Below are positions 1 to 9,924 of a stretch of DNA of 64,000 nt, one piece after another (the stretch's first letter is position 1; every line of letters starts with the position of its first letter). Source of the DNA: a virus. The notes under the pieces are model-generated. The model was not told where the DNA came from, did no database searches, and was given only the letters and a program-made list of their open reading frames with translations. Both the position numbers and the translations under genes were made by a program. Location: IMG/VR virus record IMGVR_UViG_3300009169_000020, positions 7,017 to 71,016 of that record; one strand, given 5' to 3'.

Positions 1-921
1 CTGGATGGTATTGGGAGTATAATAATTGGTAAATATTATATAGAGCCCATAGTAAAAGAATTTAATTTATTTTCAGGGGATTATACTGATATAGAATCTT
101 TTGATTTAGATTTAGTAAACGAAATAGATGTAATTTGTTTCACTGATATTACCCCTACAGTTAATCTTTATAATATACTTATAAAAATGAATAAGATAGT
201 AAAAGTATTTGATCATCATCAATCTGCATATACAACTTTAATGAATATAATTCCTAAAGAAGATTATTATTATAGTACTGAAAAATGTGGAACTAAAATA
301 TTTTTTGATGAATTAACTAGGGGTATTAGAGCTTCTAAATGTGTATGGCAATTTGTAGAACTTTGTAATACTTATGATCTTTGGATGGAGTCATCAGCTT
401 TATGGAAAGATGGTAAAGCTCTTCATAATATTTTATGGGGAAGTATGGATTGGGGATCCACTAATAATTTAATAAAATATGATAAATTTATTCAAAATCA
501 AATGGAAAAATTTCAAAAAGGAAAAAATTATTATTTTACTCAATATGAAGACAGATTAGCAAAATCTGCTTTAGAAAAAGAAAAAGAAAATCTTTTATTC
601 GCTAAAAAAAATATACAATTTAGAAAAGATAATGAAGGGAATGAATATGCATATTTTGAGTGTACATCTAAAATATCTATTATAGCAAATTTACTTCTTA
701 AAGAATACCCTAAACTAGATTATATTTGTGCTCACTCAACTTATAAAGATAAATTAGGTATATTTGAACCATCATTATCTTTACGCTCATTAGGAGGAAC
801 TGATGTTTCTATTATAGCTAGTCTATATGATTCTGGAGGACATAAACAAGCAGCGGGAATATCATTTAAAGACTATGATTTATTCTTAAAATTTCGTAAT
901 GGGGAATGTCATTTAATATAA
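1..921 (+). CDS. DHH-family phosphoesterase (DHH + DHHA1), 5'-partial
   Basis: Frame is open from base 1 (LDGIGS..., part of the DxDG motif); FDHH and SGGHKQAAG motifs. The ORF-track start at 187 is internal. Confidence 0.85.
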   Translation: MDGIGSIIIGKYYIEPIVKEFNLFSGDYTDIESFDLDLVNEIDVICFTDITPTVNLYNILIKMNKIVKVFDHHQSAYTTLMNIIPKEDYYYSTEKCGTKIFFDELTRGIRASKCVWQFVELCNTYDLWMESSALWKDGKALHNILWGSMDWGSTNNLIKYDKFIQNQMEKFQKGKNYYFTQYEDRLAKSALEKEKENLLFAKKNIQFRKDNEGNEYAYFECTSKISIIANLLLKEYPKLDYICAHSTYKDKLGIFEPSLSLRSLGGTDVSIIASLYDSGGHKQAAGISFKDYDLFLKFRNGECHLI

Positions 922-928
922 AAAAAGA

Positions 929-960
929 TTGCACTTTTTAAGATTTTTTAATTATATTAT
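929..960 (+). promoter_or_regulatory. Repeated sigma70-like phage promoter, TT(G/A)CAC...TTTTTAATTATATTAT (first copy)
   Basis: Near-identical intergenic copies at ~929, 9010, 12977, 18707, 20316, 24756, 26329 (+) and 61458-61488 (-), each shortly before a start codon, usually with an AAGGA(G)-type RBS. Confidence 0.75.
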
Positions 961-977
961 ACATAAGGAGAAATACA

Positions 978-1418
978 ATGGTAAAGGATATAGAATTTAT
1001 TGCCTGGATTGATGATAAAAATTGTTTTGCAGATAAAATTATGATAACTGAAACTGGTTCATGGATTGCCGAAATTAAAAACATGGGTGGTTTTAGCGAA
1101 AAAGACAATGGTATATTACTTCAATATACTATGGAAAAGGATATAGAAGATAATAAAATTTATGATGGTGATTTATTAGAAATTATTTATTATGAAAGAA
1201 AGGGTAATGAGAATCGTGATATACGTATTGTAACAAATATTGTTACAGTATATTGGGGAGAATATAGTGATGGGGAATATGTTGATCGTATAAAATGTTG
1301 GATGGTAAGATATGAAAATTCAATTATGACGTATCCATTAAGTGAATTGTGTGTAATTCCTACATTTGATAAATATTTTTATGTTGTAAAAAGATTAAAA
1401 TCATCATATGAAAAATAA
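978..1418 (+). CDS. YopX-like phage protein
   Basis: IEFIAW...LLQYTMEKDIEDNKIYDGDLL matches the YopX pattern; AAGGAG RBS. Confidence 0.7.
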   Translation: MVKDIEFIAWIDDKNCFADKIMITETGSWIAEIKNMGGFSEKDNGILLQYTMEKDIEDNKIYDGDLLEIIYYERKGNENRDIRIVTNIVTVYWGEYSDGEYVDRIKCWMVRYENSIMTYPLSELCVIPTFDKYFYVVKRLKSSYEK

Positions 1419-1433
1419 ATTAAGGAAAAATAA

Positions 1434-1871
1434 ATGGAAGAAAGATTTTTAGGTAGGATTATTAAGTATGATCCTATTACTCAAATACTTGTATTAAAAT
1501 GTGATTTTATTGATCCTGATAAACAAAAAATACTAGAAAATATACAACAAGATAAAAATTCATTTTCTTTTTGTTTTAAAAAACCTTATAGAAAAGAAAA
1601 AACATATGAACAATTAAAAAAATATTATAAAACATTAAGTACAATACTAATTAAATTAGAGATATTTCCAGAAAGTGATGTAGTAAAATCCTTTGATGAA
1701 TCCATAAAACAAACAGCACTTTCTTGTGCAGAAATGGTAATATATGATAAAACTATTCCATTAGTTCCATCCAAAGCAAATATGTCTATTGATGAGCTTA
1801 GCTACTTGATTCAATTTTTATATAATACGTATGGAGAATTACTTAATGAAGAAGAAAATAATTATGCTTGA
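1434..1871 (+). CDS. NinB/Orf-like recombination protein (tentative)
   Basis: KTYEQLKKYY and PSKANMSIDELSYLIQ resemble the two conserved NinB blocks. Confidence 0.45.
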   Translation: MEERFLGRIIKYDPITQILVLKCDFIDPDKQKILENIQQDKNSFSFCFKKPYRKEKTYEQLKKYYKTLSTILIKLEIFPESDVVKSFDESIKQTALSCAEMVIYDKTIPLVPSKANMSIDELSYLIQFLYNTYGELLNEEENNYA

Positions 1872-2448
1872 AGATGAAGATGAAGATGAAGATATTGAAG
1901 ATGATATAATAGAAAATAATAAAATAGTAATGAAAAAATCTATAGTTTTAAATGAATATCACATAAACTTGGATCAAGATATATCTTCCCCCGAAATATA
2001 TAGAAATGTTTTTAATACATTAAGAAATGCTATAGAAGGCGAGGTGATATATTTAAATATAAATTCCTTTGGTGGGTACATTCACAGCATGATCCATTTT
2101 GTGGATTGTCTTTTAACTACAAAGGCTAAAACTGTTGCAAATATTTATACAGCCTACTCAGCAGCAGCAGTAATTGCTTTAAGTTGTGATATTTTAATAT
2201 TTAAACCCTTTAGTAGTTTGATGGTACATTCACTCAGTACTTCAACATTCGGAAAAATTGGGGATGTTCATGGGTATACCACGTTTGCAAGTAAACAAGA
2301 TAAAGAAATAGCTAATATAGTTTATACCGGATTTCTAACAAAAGAAGAAATAAAAGCTGTTGCAAAAGGAAAGGATATGTGGATGGATAGGGAGGAGTGT
2401 ATTAGAAGACTAAAAAATTGGAAAAGTTTAAAAAGTAGGTGTTTATAA
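1864..2448 (+). CDS. ClpP-like serine protease
   Basis: INSFGG, AYSAAAVI (Ser) and LMVH (His) motifs; GGAG upstream of ATG 1864. Confidence 0.8.
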   Translation: MLEDEDEDEDIEDDIIENNKIVMKKSIVLNEYHINLDQDISSPEIYRNVFNTLRNAIEGEVIYLNINSFGGYIHSMIHFVDCLLTTKAKTVANIYTAYSAAAVIALSCDILIFKPFSSLMVHSLSTSTFGKIGDVHGYTTFASKQDKEIANIVYTGFLTKEEIKAVAKGKDMWMDREECIRRLKNWKSLKSRCL

Positions 2449-2449
2449 T

Positions 2450-2713
2450 ATGAAAAAATCAGATTCTATTTCACATTTAAATAAATTAAATTCTATTATC
2501 AATGGAAGTAAAAATATTATTGATAGTATAGATCAAGGTAAAACTATCAATATAGAAAAATCAATTAAAGCTTCTATGTTAAATAGTATAAAATTAGCAG
2601 AGGAATTAAAATATATTATTACACAATTAACAGTAGATGATTATAAATCTAATCCTAATTCTAATGATGATGATGCAGTTGCTAATTTGATGCATATGTT
2701 TGGTATGAAATAA
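2450..2713 (+). CDS. Hypothetical protein
   Basis: Tightly packed ORF in the operon. Confidence 0.6.
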   Translation: MKKSDSISHLNKLNSIINGSKNIIDSIDQGKTINIEKSIKASMLNSIKLAEELKYIITQLTVDDYKSNPNSNDDDAVANLMHMFGMK

Positions 2714-2722
2714 GGAGAAAAA

Positions 2723-3460
2723 ATGTCATCTTATAAGTATATTGAAAAAGATGGGGAAATAGTAGCAATACCAGATCCAATTAAAGTACAAGAAGCAAGA
2801 CAAAAAAAATATCAATTATTTTTAGAAAAAAGTAATTTACCTGAATTTTATTGGAATATAAATTTCGAAGATTATAAAGGTAATATAGAATTAGAACCCT
2901 TTAAAAAAATAAAATATTATGCAGATAATATAGATAATGATGATTTTAAATTTGTAAATATATATTTATGGGGTTCTCAAGGAGTACAAAAAACTGCATT
3001 AGAATGTAATATACTTAAAGCAGCAATGAAAAAAGGATTAAGAGCTAAATTTATATTAGCTGGAGATTTAATAGATACTCTAATGAAATTACAAGGTTTT
3101 TCTTATAAAGAAGATTTATATAATCAGATAGAAGATTTAAAACATAATTATGATATAATAGCTATAGATGATATAGGGGATATACAAAAAAGTATGATGT
3201 GGTCTTCTGAAAGTAAAAATTTAATAATAACAGAATGGGATAGATTTTTAAGAAAAGTATTATATAATGGTACTAAAGTAATAATGACTTCAAACTTTGA
3301 TGTAACTATTTTTAAACAATATTTTGGTGAATCAATTTATTCTCTTATGGAAAGAAATTTTGAAACTATACATTTAACTGATTCAATAAAAGAAATAAGA
3401 AAATTAAATGTCTCTGCTGTATTTGATAACATGTACAGAAGATCTACTGCCATTAAATAA
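2723..3460 (+). CDS. DnaC/IstB-like AAA+ helicase loader
   Basis: Variant Walker A GSQGVQKT, Walker B IAIDDIG, IMTSN sensor. Confidence 0.75.
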   Translation: MSSYKYIEKDGEIVAIPDPIKVQEARQKKYQLFLEKSNLPEFYWNINFEDYKGNIELEPFKKIKYYADNIDNDDFKFVNIYLWGSQGVQKTALECNILKAAMKKGLRAKFILAGDLIDTLMKLQGFSYKEDLYNQIEDLKHNYDIIAIDDIGDIQKSMMWSSESKNLIITEWDRFLRKVLYNGTKVIMTSNFDVTIFKQYFGESIYSLMERNFETIHLTDSIKEIRKLNVSAVFDNMYRRSTAIK

Positions 3461-3488
3461 AAAAAATATAAATATAGGTTAAACTTAA

Positions 3489-4010
3489 ATGAATGAAACA
3501 ACTAAAATTATTGATCCCTTTGGAATTACTTGGCTAGACTATCCAGATAATGAATCTCTCGCTGTTATTGTATATTTTCTTGGATGTGAGAATAATTGTG
3601 TAAATTGTCATAATCCTACTTTTAAATATCCCGATAATCCTAAAGCTAGAAATGTAACTATTAAACAATTATATAATGATCTATTTGAATTCTGTAAAAA
3701 GCACCAAACGTATAAGATTATTTTTACGGGAGGTGATCCCTGTTCTTCTTATAATATTGATTTTGTAAGACGATTTGTAAGTAGTTATGGTAATATATTT
3801 AATATATGTATTTATACTGGTTATGATATAGCTGAAGTAAAGAAAAAAGAAATAAAAGGATTTACATATATTAAAACCGGTCCATATAAAGAAGAACTAA
3901 AACAAGAATCATTGAAGACTGATGATTATATTCAACTAGCTTCAACTAATCAAGAATTCTATAATAAAAATTATAGCTTAAAATCCCGTAATGGTAGAAT
4001 GAATTTCTAA
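3489..4010 (+). CDS. nrdG: Anaerobic RNR activase (radical SAM)
   Basis: GCENNCVNCHNP (CxxxCxxC), TGGDP, YTG, KTGPY; adjacent to nrdD. Confidence 0.85.
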   Translation: MNETTKIIDPFGITWLDYPDNESLAVIVYFLGCENNCVNCHNPTFKYPDNPKARNVTIKQLYNDLFEFCKKHQTYKIIFTGGDPCSSYNIDFVRRFVSSYGNIFNICIYTGYDIAEVKKKEIKGFTYIKTGPYKEELKQESLKTDDYIQLASTNQEFYNKNYSLKSRNGRMNF

Positions 4011-4035
4011 AAAAATAAAAAAGAGGAAGTAAAAA

Positions 4036-7000
4036 ATGTATATTCGCCAGTCATATGATGAAAATTTTGAACATCTTATGTTAGATATGAAAGATAAATA
4101 TCCAAAATCTATTTTTGAATTAAATGGTATAAGTGATGATGATTTAGATCATACTAAATTTGCAAAAAAATATTTTACAAAGAAAAATGTGGCTAGTATA
4201 TCATCTGATGCTAATGCTAATGTGCAAATAAAAAATATTGCTGCTTTTAATGTAGAAAGGCATAAGGGTTCAGATAAATTAGACTCACTTTTTTTATTTT
4301 GGAAAACAGCAAAAAAACAATATGGATTAAGAGAAGCAAATAAATTAGTAGAAAAAGAGTTAAGTAAAGATCTTAATATACAAGATAGTAGTAATTTTTA
4401 CCTCCCTTATTCATATTATAGTCAAACACCAGTATTACTTAAAATAAATGAAAAAATAGTATATTGGACTATGAAACAATTGTATGATAATTTTTCTTAT
4501 CTACAAGTATATGATGAAAAATATAATATGCATAAAATAATTATTGATAATCTATATTCTAAATATGATTATGAAGGTTCTTTTATGACAGAAAAAGGAA
4601 AGGACAGATTCACGGGTAATAAAAAAAATCTTTGTCCCTATATAGAGGATGTAAAAGAAAAAATAGATATAAAAATTTGGGATAAGGGGAATTGGGTAGG
4701 GTTAAAAAAAATTATAAAACACCAACATGAAGAGGATAAAAATTTTATTATTTATCAAACTAATGAGGGTGATTTTGCTTTTGTAACAGAAGATCATCCA
4801 GTTATTCTTAATGATAATTCTGAAAAATTAGCTGGGGATTTAGTTAATGGTGATGAAATTTTAAAAAATGATATTTTACCTACTTATAATCCTACAGTCC
4901 ATATTCCAGATAACTTAGCCTATATTACCGGATTTATTTTAGGTGATGGAAATGTTGATGGTTACGCTAAAAATTGGGATTATATAAAAAAATTTGAATT
5001 AGGATCTATTACCCCTAATTTAAGATTATGTAGAGGAGGTAATACTATTATGATATATCAGAATAATGTGAATACCTCTGATATAAAGAAAAAAATAGAT
5101 CAAGCATTTCCACAAGCTAATTTTTATACTTTAGGTTCGGATAGTGATAGAAAACTAGCTTTTACATCACAAGCATATTCTTTATTATATGGGGATTATT
5201 TTAACTGTGGTTTAAAATCCAATTCTTTTTCTAAAAGACTACCAGAAAATATTTTAAATTGGGAAGAAGATTCTTTTATATCTCTATTATCAGGTTTAAT
5301 TGATAGTGATGGTACAGTTTCTAATGGTAGGGTAGACATATCACTTTGTTCATATGCCATAATAAATGAATTATATGATTTATTACGAATTCACAAGTTT
5401 ATAAATGTTAGGAAAAAACTTCATGCTGGTAAAGGAAATAAATTGGGTAATAATTTTATTTTTTCTATTTCTTTTAGACCTGATAAAAGATTATTAAATT
5501 ATTCAGAAAAAATTAAAAATATGGATGTCAAATTTTTTAATTATAATCAAAATATGGATACTACTTTAAGAAATAATAAAATTTGTAAAATACATAAATT
5601 TAAGAAATCAGATATTTCAAAAAATAGTTTTTTATTTCAAGAAATTGAAAATGTATATGATGTAACAACTGAAACAGGAACATTTAATGCTAATGGAATG
5701 GTCCAACATAATTGTTTTGCGTTTGATACATATGATTTAATTACTATGGGATTACCTTTTGTTACTAATTATCCTAGTAAACCAGCTAATCATTCAGATG
5801 TATTTTGGCAACATACAATACAATTGCTACAGTACGCTGCTCCTCAGATGATGGGCGCTACTGCTATACCTAATTTTATCGTTATATATTCAGGATTATT
5901 GAAATATGATTCTAAAGATATAAATTATCCAATACCTGATTATCAAGATAATAAAAAGTTATTTGAAAGATATACTAAACAAAGATTTCAGGAAATGATT
6001 TTTGCATTAAATCAACCGTTAAGACAAGTTCAAAGTACATTTAGTAATATTACTATTTTTGATAGTATATTCATGAAAGAAATATGCAGTAAATATATTA
6101 TTAAAGATAACATTATAGATTCAGATTTTGCTATGTATATTCAAAGATTATTTCTTGAAACTGTTAATGAATTAAATAATTCTAAAATAGCTACATTTCC
6201 AATACTAACCGCGCAATTTAAAAAGAATGAAAATTTTGAAATAGAGGATGAAGAATTTTTAAACTTAATTTCACATATAAATTTACCAACAGGACATTTA
6301 AATATTTTTAGTGATACAAGTCTTAATGCATTATCAAGTTGTTGTAGACTTATAAATTCTATAGAAGATCTATTAGAAGCAACTAAAGATGAATATATGA
6401 ATCTTATTGGTGGATCATCAATTAAAGTTGGTTCATTAGGAGTATGTACTTTACCTCTTGTAAGAATGGCTTTAAAATCTAAGAAAAATGAGGAAGAATT
6501 TTTTAATTTACTGGAAGAAAATGCTATTGATGCTTATAAAATAAATCATTGTAGAAGAATTTTAATAAGTGAAAAAATAGATCAAGGAGAGATGCCACTC
6601 TATAACTATGGATTTATAGATTTAAAAAATCAATATTCAACTCTTGGAATAAATGGATTTTATGAATGTTTACATTTTATGGGGTATAATATACATACAG
6701 ATAAAGGTATAGAATTTGGTAAAAAGATTTTAATCAAATTAAGTGAAATTTCTCAGATGAAAATGAAAAAATATGGTTATCGAACAAATTTGGAACAAAC
6801 TCCCGCTGAACAAACAAGTTCTAAACTAGCAAAAGCTGATTTAATATTATATAATCAGAATGAATTTTCTATTTATGGTAATCAATTTATACCTTTAACA
6901 ATAGATGCTTCTATTTATCAAAGAATAGATATACAAGCTGAGCTTGAAAAATATTTTTCTGGTGGAACGATTTTACATTGTAATTTTAATGAAAAAATAC

Positions 7001-7263
7001 CCTCATCTATTATGATGAAATCTTTTATAAAACATGTTGTTAAATCAGGTGTTAAATATTTTGCAATAAATTATTTTTTTAATATTTGTAAAAATAATCA
7101 TTATACAGTAAATATTAAAGAAATTTGTGAAATATGTAATGAACCTATTATAGATAGAATGACTAGAATAGTTGGATTTTTCGTTCCTATATCCTCATGG
7201 TCAAAAGAAAGGGGAATAGAATTTCATGATAGAAAAAAATATGATATAAAGAGTATTAGTTAA
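4036..7263 (+). CDS. nrdD: Class III anaerobic ribonucleoside-triphosphate reductase with intein
   Basis: DANAN, PY|C, SSCCRL, TPAE, SGG, C-terminal Zn ribbon and glycyl-radical loop RIVGF. Confidence 0.92.
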   Translation: MYIRQSYDENFEHLMLDMKDKYPKSIFELNGISDDDLDHTKFAKKYFTKKNVASISSDANANVQIKNIAAFNVERHKGSDKLDSLFLFWKTAKKQYGLREANKLVEKELSKDLNIQDSSNFYLPYSYYSQTPVLLKINEKIVYWTMKQLYDNFSYLQVYDEKYNMHKIIIDNLYSKYDYEGSFMTEKGKDRFTGNKKNLCPYIEDVKEKIDIKIWDKGNWVGLKKIIKHQHEEDKNFIIYQTNEGDFAFVTEDHPVILNDNSEKLAGDLVNGDEILKNDILPTYNPTVHIPDNLAYITGFILGDGNVDGYAKNWDYIKKFELGSITPNLRLCRGGNTIMIYQNNVNTSDIKKKIDQAFPQANFYTLGSDSDRKLAFTSQAYSLLYGDYFNCGLKSNSFSKRLPENILNWEEDSFISLLSGLIDSDGTVSNGRVDISLCSYAIINELYDLLRIHKFINVRKKLHAGKGNKLGNNFIFSISFRPDKRLLNYSEKIKNMDVKFFNYNQNMDTTLRNNKICKIHKFKKSDISKNSFLFQEIENVYDVTTETGTFNANGMVQHNCFAFDTYDLITMGLPFVTNYPSKPANHSDVFWQHTIQLLQYAAPQMMGATAIPNFIVIYSGLLKYDSKDINYPIPDYQDNKKLFERYTKQRFQEMIFALNQPLRQVQSTFSNITIFDSIFMKEICSKYIIKDNIIDSDFAMYIQRLFLETVNELNNSKIATFPILTAQFKKNENFEIEDEEFLNLISHINLPTGHLNIFSDTSLNALSSCCRLINSIEDLLEATKDEYMNLIGGSSIKVGSLGVCTLPLVRMALKSKKNEEEFFNLLEENAIDAYKINHCRRILISEKIDQGEMPLYNYGFIDLKNQYSTLGINGFYECLHFMGYNIHTDKGIEFGKKILIKLSEISQMKMKKYGYRTNLEQTPAEQTSSKLAKADLILYNQNEFSIYGNQFIPLTIDASIYQRIDIQAELEKYFSGGTILHCNFNEKIPSSIMMKSFIKHVVKSGVKYFAINYFFNICKNNHYTVNIKEICEICNEPIIDRMTRIVGFFVPISSWSKERGIEFHDRKKYDIKSIS
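4411..5712 (+). mobile_element. Cis intein with LAGLIDADG homing endonuclease (434 aa) in nrdD
   Basis: Begins SYYSQTPV after ...LPY; block B VTEDHPV; LAYITGFILGDG and LLSGLIDSDG; ends VYDVTTETGTFNANGMVQHN|C. Confidence 0.9.
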
Positions 7264-7351
7264 TGGAGATTTTGAATATGAGAATATTTAGAAAGTTTAG
7301 AGATATAAAATTTCAAGATATTATAATTATGATACAAGGATTGTTAAACAA

Positions 7352-7540
7352 ATGCAAAAAGAATTAAAAGGAAAGATTGTCAAAGTGTATAAAAATGTAA
7401 GAACAAAGTATGGTTATGAAGGTGATGGAAGAATAGAAAAAGTAATTAGACAAATATCAGATGATCTATACAGTTGTGAGATAAGTTTTTTTGATGATTT
7501 CTTTTCAGCTACTATTGATATAAATGATGTTCTCTACTAA
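7352..7540 (+). CDS. Hypothetical protein
   Basis: Short ORF in the operon. Confidence 0.5.
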   Translation: MQKELKGKIVKVYKNVRTKYGYEGDGRIEKVIRQISDDLYSCEISFFDDFFSATIDINDVLY

Positions 7541-7562
7541 GTATAATAAAGAGGTGATAATA

Positions 7563-8345
7563 ATGATTAAAAAAATAATGTTTATTATAGTAATAGTTTT
7601 TTGTTTTTCTATAATATATGCTGAAGATGTTGAAAAAGAAAAAACGTATGAATCTCCAATGAGTTTATATAATCAAAATTATATAATTGCCGGGAACTCT
7701 CAAGATCAAGTTAAGATACAATTCTCTGCAAAATATAGTTTATTATATCCAGGTAATACTGGATTATATCTAGGGTATACTCAATTATCTAATTGGTTCG
7801 TTTATAAAAGTAGAGATACATTTATAACTATGTATGCTCCAGAAGCAATATTTAGATTTGATTCAGGTGATAATCAATTTGATAATTATAAAATACCCTA
7901 TGTAGATTATATTCAAATATCACCTATATGTCATAATTCAACTGGAGTAGAAGGTGATATTCATAGAAGTATAAATGTATATTATGCTCAAGCTCAAGTT
8001 AGTGTTGGAGAAGTTATTAACATAGGAGCTAATGGAAAATACTTTAGATATTATGATGTAAATTATCGTAATCCAGATATTAACGATTATAAGAAAAACT
8101 ATTCAGCAGGAATATTTTTGAAGATAAAATCTAAAACCGTTAATTATTTAGATAAAGAAGAACTACATTTCAAATTTGGTGGTAATCCTAGAGGAAAAGG
8201 CTTTTATTGCATAGAAGCTCAGTTTAGAATACTTACATCAAGAATTCAACCAAAATTCTTTTGTTCATACTATAATGGATATGATGAATTTATGATGTAT
8301 TATAATAAACATACTAAAAGTTTTAGAGCTGGATTAACATTTTAA
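7563..8345 (+). CDS. pldA: Outer-membrane phospholipase A (OMPLA)-like beta-barrel
   Basis: Signal peptide; NYI, VKIQFSAK, LYLGYTQLSNW, YAPE; catalytic HNSTG...RSIN (cf. HxSNG...RSWN); C-terminal Phe. GAGGTG RBS before ATG 7563. Confidence 0.8.
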   Translation: MIKKIMFIIVIVFCFSIIYAEDVEKEKTYESPMSLYNQNYIIAGNSQDQVKIQFSAKYSLLYPGNTGLYLGYTQLSNWFVYKSRDTFITMYAPEAIFRFDSGDNQFDNYKIPYVDYIQISPICHNSTGVEGDIHRSINVYYAQAQVSVGEVINIGANGKYFRYYDVNYRNPDINDYKKNYSAGIFLKIKSKTVNYLDKEELHFKFGGNPRGKGFYCIEAQFRILTSRIQPKFFCSYYNGYDEFMMYYNKHTKSFRAGLTF

Positions 8346-8366
8346 AAAAATTAAGAGGTACTATAA

Positions 8367-8930
8367 ATGAATATAATAGAATTGAATAAAAATATTAAAT
8401 GTAGGAATCAATTCGTATTTGATAAGCAAAATATATTATTGGGTGAAGTTAAAAATGCTTTTGGATGTGATGATGTACAAGCTAAAAGATTTATAGCATC
8501 TATATGTAAATTTCTAGCTTTTTATCTTGAAGCTCAAGCAAAAGGTTTAATTACATATGATGTAGTTACTTATCTTAGAAAATGTATAGCAGATAAACTT
8601 GTACGAAAAGATGATGCTTATGTATTAGAAAGTTATGGATTTTATGATGGAGTATTTCAACATACATTTGCAGATTATTTTGGAATAAAATCTATTGCTT
8701 TTGATAAATATGATAAATTCATTGAATGGACTAAAACACAAACTGAATATATAGCTACTATAAGAATAGTAAATAGAAAGAAAACAGGAAAACATTCTCT
8801 TATATCATATAAACAAAATGATAAACTCTTTATATCTGATACATCTAATAGAGGTATTGCAACACCTTTTGAAAAAGAAATAAATGCTCAAAATTTTATA
8901 TATGCTACTATAATGATTCAAAACGCCTGA
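8367..8930 (+). CDS. Hypothetical protein, possibly a papain-fold (C39-like) peptidase
   Basis: Cys (SICKFLA), His (GKHSLI), Asp (FISDTS) occur in C39-like order. Confidence 0.35.
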   Translation: MNIIELNKNIKCRNQFVFDKQNILLGEVKNAFGCDDVQAKRFIASICKFLAFYLEAQAKGLITYDVVTYLRKCIADKLVRKDDAYVLESYGFYDGVFQHTFADYFGIKSIAFDKYDKFIEWTKTQTEYIATIRIVNRKKTGKHSLISYKQNDKLFISDTSNRGIATPFEKEINAQNFIYATIMIQNA

Positions 8931-8939
8931 ATGACTATT

Positions 8940-8990
8940 CTTAGGGATCAAATTATCACTTTTTTCACTAATTTTATCCCTAAATTTTTT
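8940..8990 (+). terminator. Probable rho-independent terminator
   Basis: TTAGGGAT...ATCCCTAA stem with a long loop, followed by a T-run. Confidence 0.45.
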
Positions 8991-9073
8991 TCTAAAATTT
9001 AAATTTTTTATGTATTTTTTAATAATTTTTAATTATATTATAAATATAGAAAAATAAGAAAGGAGAATAATAG

Positions 9074-9409
9074 ATGAATAAAGAGAAAAGTGGTTTTTCA
9101 ATTGAATTATTTACTAAGGAGACTATTGAGGACTATGTAGTATATTGGGAAATTAAACATGAAAAAATAGTATTCTGCTATATACAAGATAGTTTTCTTG
9201 AAACAACTTTTAGAGCTAAATCTATTTGTCATAAAGATGATATATTCGATAAACAAATAGGAATGAGCATAGCATTTGATAGATGTTTAGAAAAAAGAGA
9301 ACATGCTTATAATAAACTAATGGATAAAATAGTTATTGATTTAACAGTTGTTAGAAATCATAATAGAAATTTAGAACATAAATTCTATAAGGAATTAAAT
9401 AAGATTTAA
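9074..9409 (+). CDS. Hypothetical phage protein
   Basis: AKSICHKDDIFDKQIGMSIA matches the common phage A.C...D.F....G..IA pattern; AAGGAG RBS. Confidence 0.65.
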   Translation: MNKEKSGFSIELFTKETIEDYVVYWEIKHEKIVFCYIQDSFLETTFRAKSICHKDDIFDKQIGMSIAFDRCLEKREHAYNKLMDKIVIDLTVVRNHNRNLEHKFYKELNKI

Positions 9410-9415
9410 AAATGA

Positions 9416-9489
9416 GCAAGAGTGCTGGAAGGAAGACAGCGCCTTATACAACGGGTGGTTTATTGGTGATTCAAGTTCACCCTCTTGCA
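9416..9489 (+). tRNA. tRNA-like element with Leu-type D arm and a degenerate anticodon arm
   Basis: Acceptor GCAAGAG/CTCTTGC + A73; D arm CTG-GAAGGAAGA-CAG; T arm GGTGA-TTCAAGT-TCACC; no canonical anticodon stem. Confidence 0.65.
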
Positions 9490-9627
9490 AAATCTAAAGG
9501 AGACTAGTATGATAAATAAAAATTGGTATAAGATAGAAAATAAATGGTATCATTGTTTAACTCTTATAGATGGAAGAAGATTCATAAATGGTGTTCAACA
9601 AGAAGACTAATTAAAAAGGGGTAGTAG

Positions 9628-9840
9628 ATGTCAATAGAAAACAAAAAAGGTGAAAAGATTTCAGCTCAAATGTACGCTAAAGAAATTCTTAAGGATTGTT
9701 TAGATAGTTTTAAACTTGAAAATACCGAAAGATTTAAAGATTTAAAACGTACGGAACCAATTAAAATTCAAGCGTTTGTAGATAAACTTAGATTAAGAAT
9801 TGATAAGATTCTTGTTGAGAAAGTTAAAGAAGTTAAATAA
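9628..9840 (+). CDS. Hypothetical protein
   Basis: ORF with AGGGG RBS. Confidence 0.6.
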   Translation: MSIENKKGEKISAQMYAKEILKDCLDSFKLENTERFKDLKRTEPIKIQAFVDKLRLRIDKILVEKVKEVK

Positions 9841-9850
9841 TTGGTTAAAT

Positions 9851-9923
9851 AGCGTGATAGAGTAATTGGTAACTTGTTGGGTTCATATCCCAAAGATTGT
9901 AGGTTCAAGTCCTACTCACGCAA
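9851..9923 (+). tRNA. tRNA-Met(CAT), initiator type
   Basis: Full cloverleaf: AGCGTGA/TCACGCA with a 1:72 mismatch; TTGGG-TT CAT AT-CCCAA with three G:C pairs; GTAGG-TTCAAGT-CCTAC. CCA is not encoded. Confidence 0.9.
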
Positions 9924-9924
9924 A

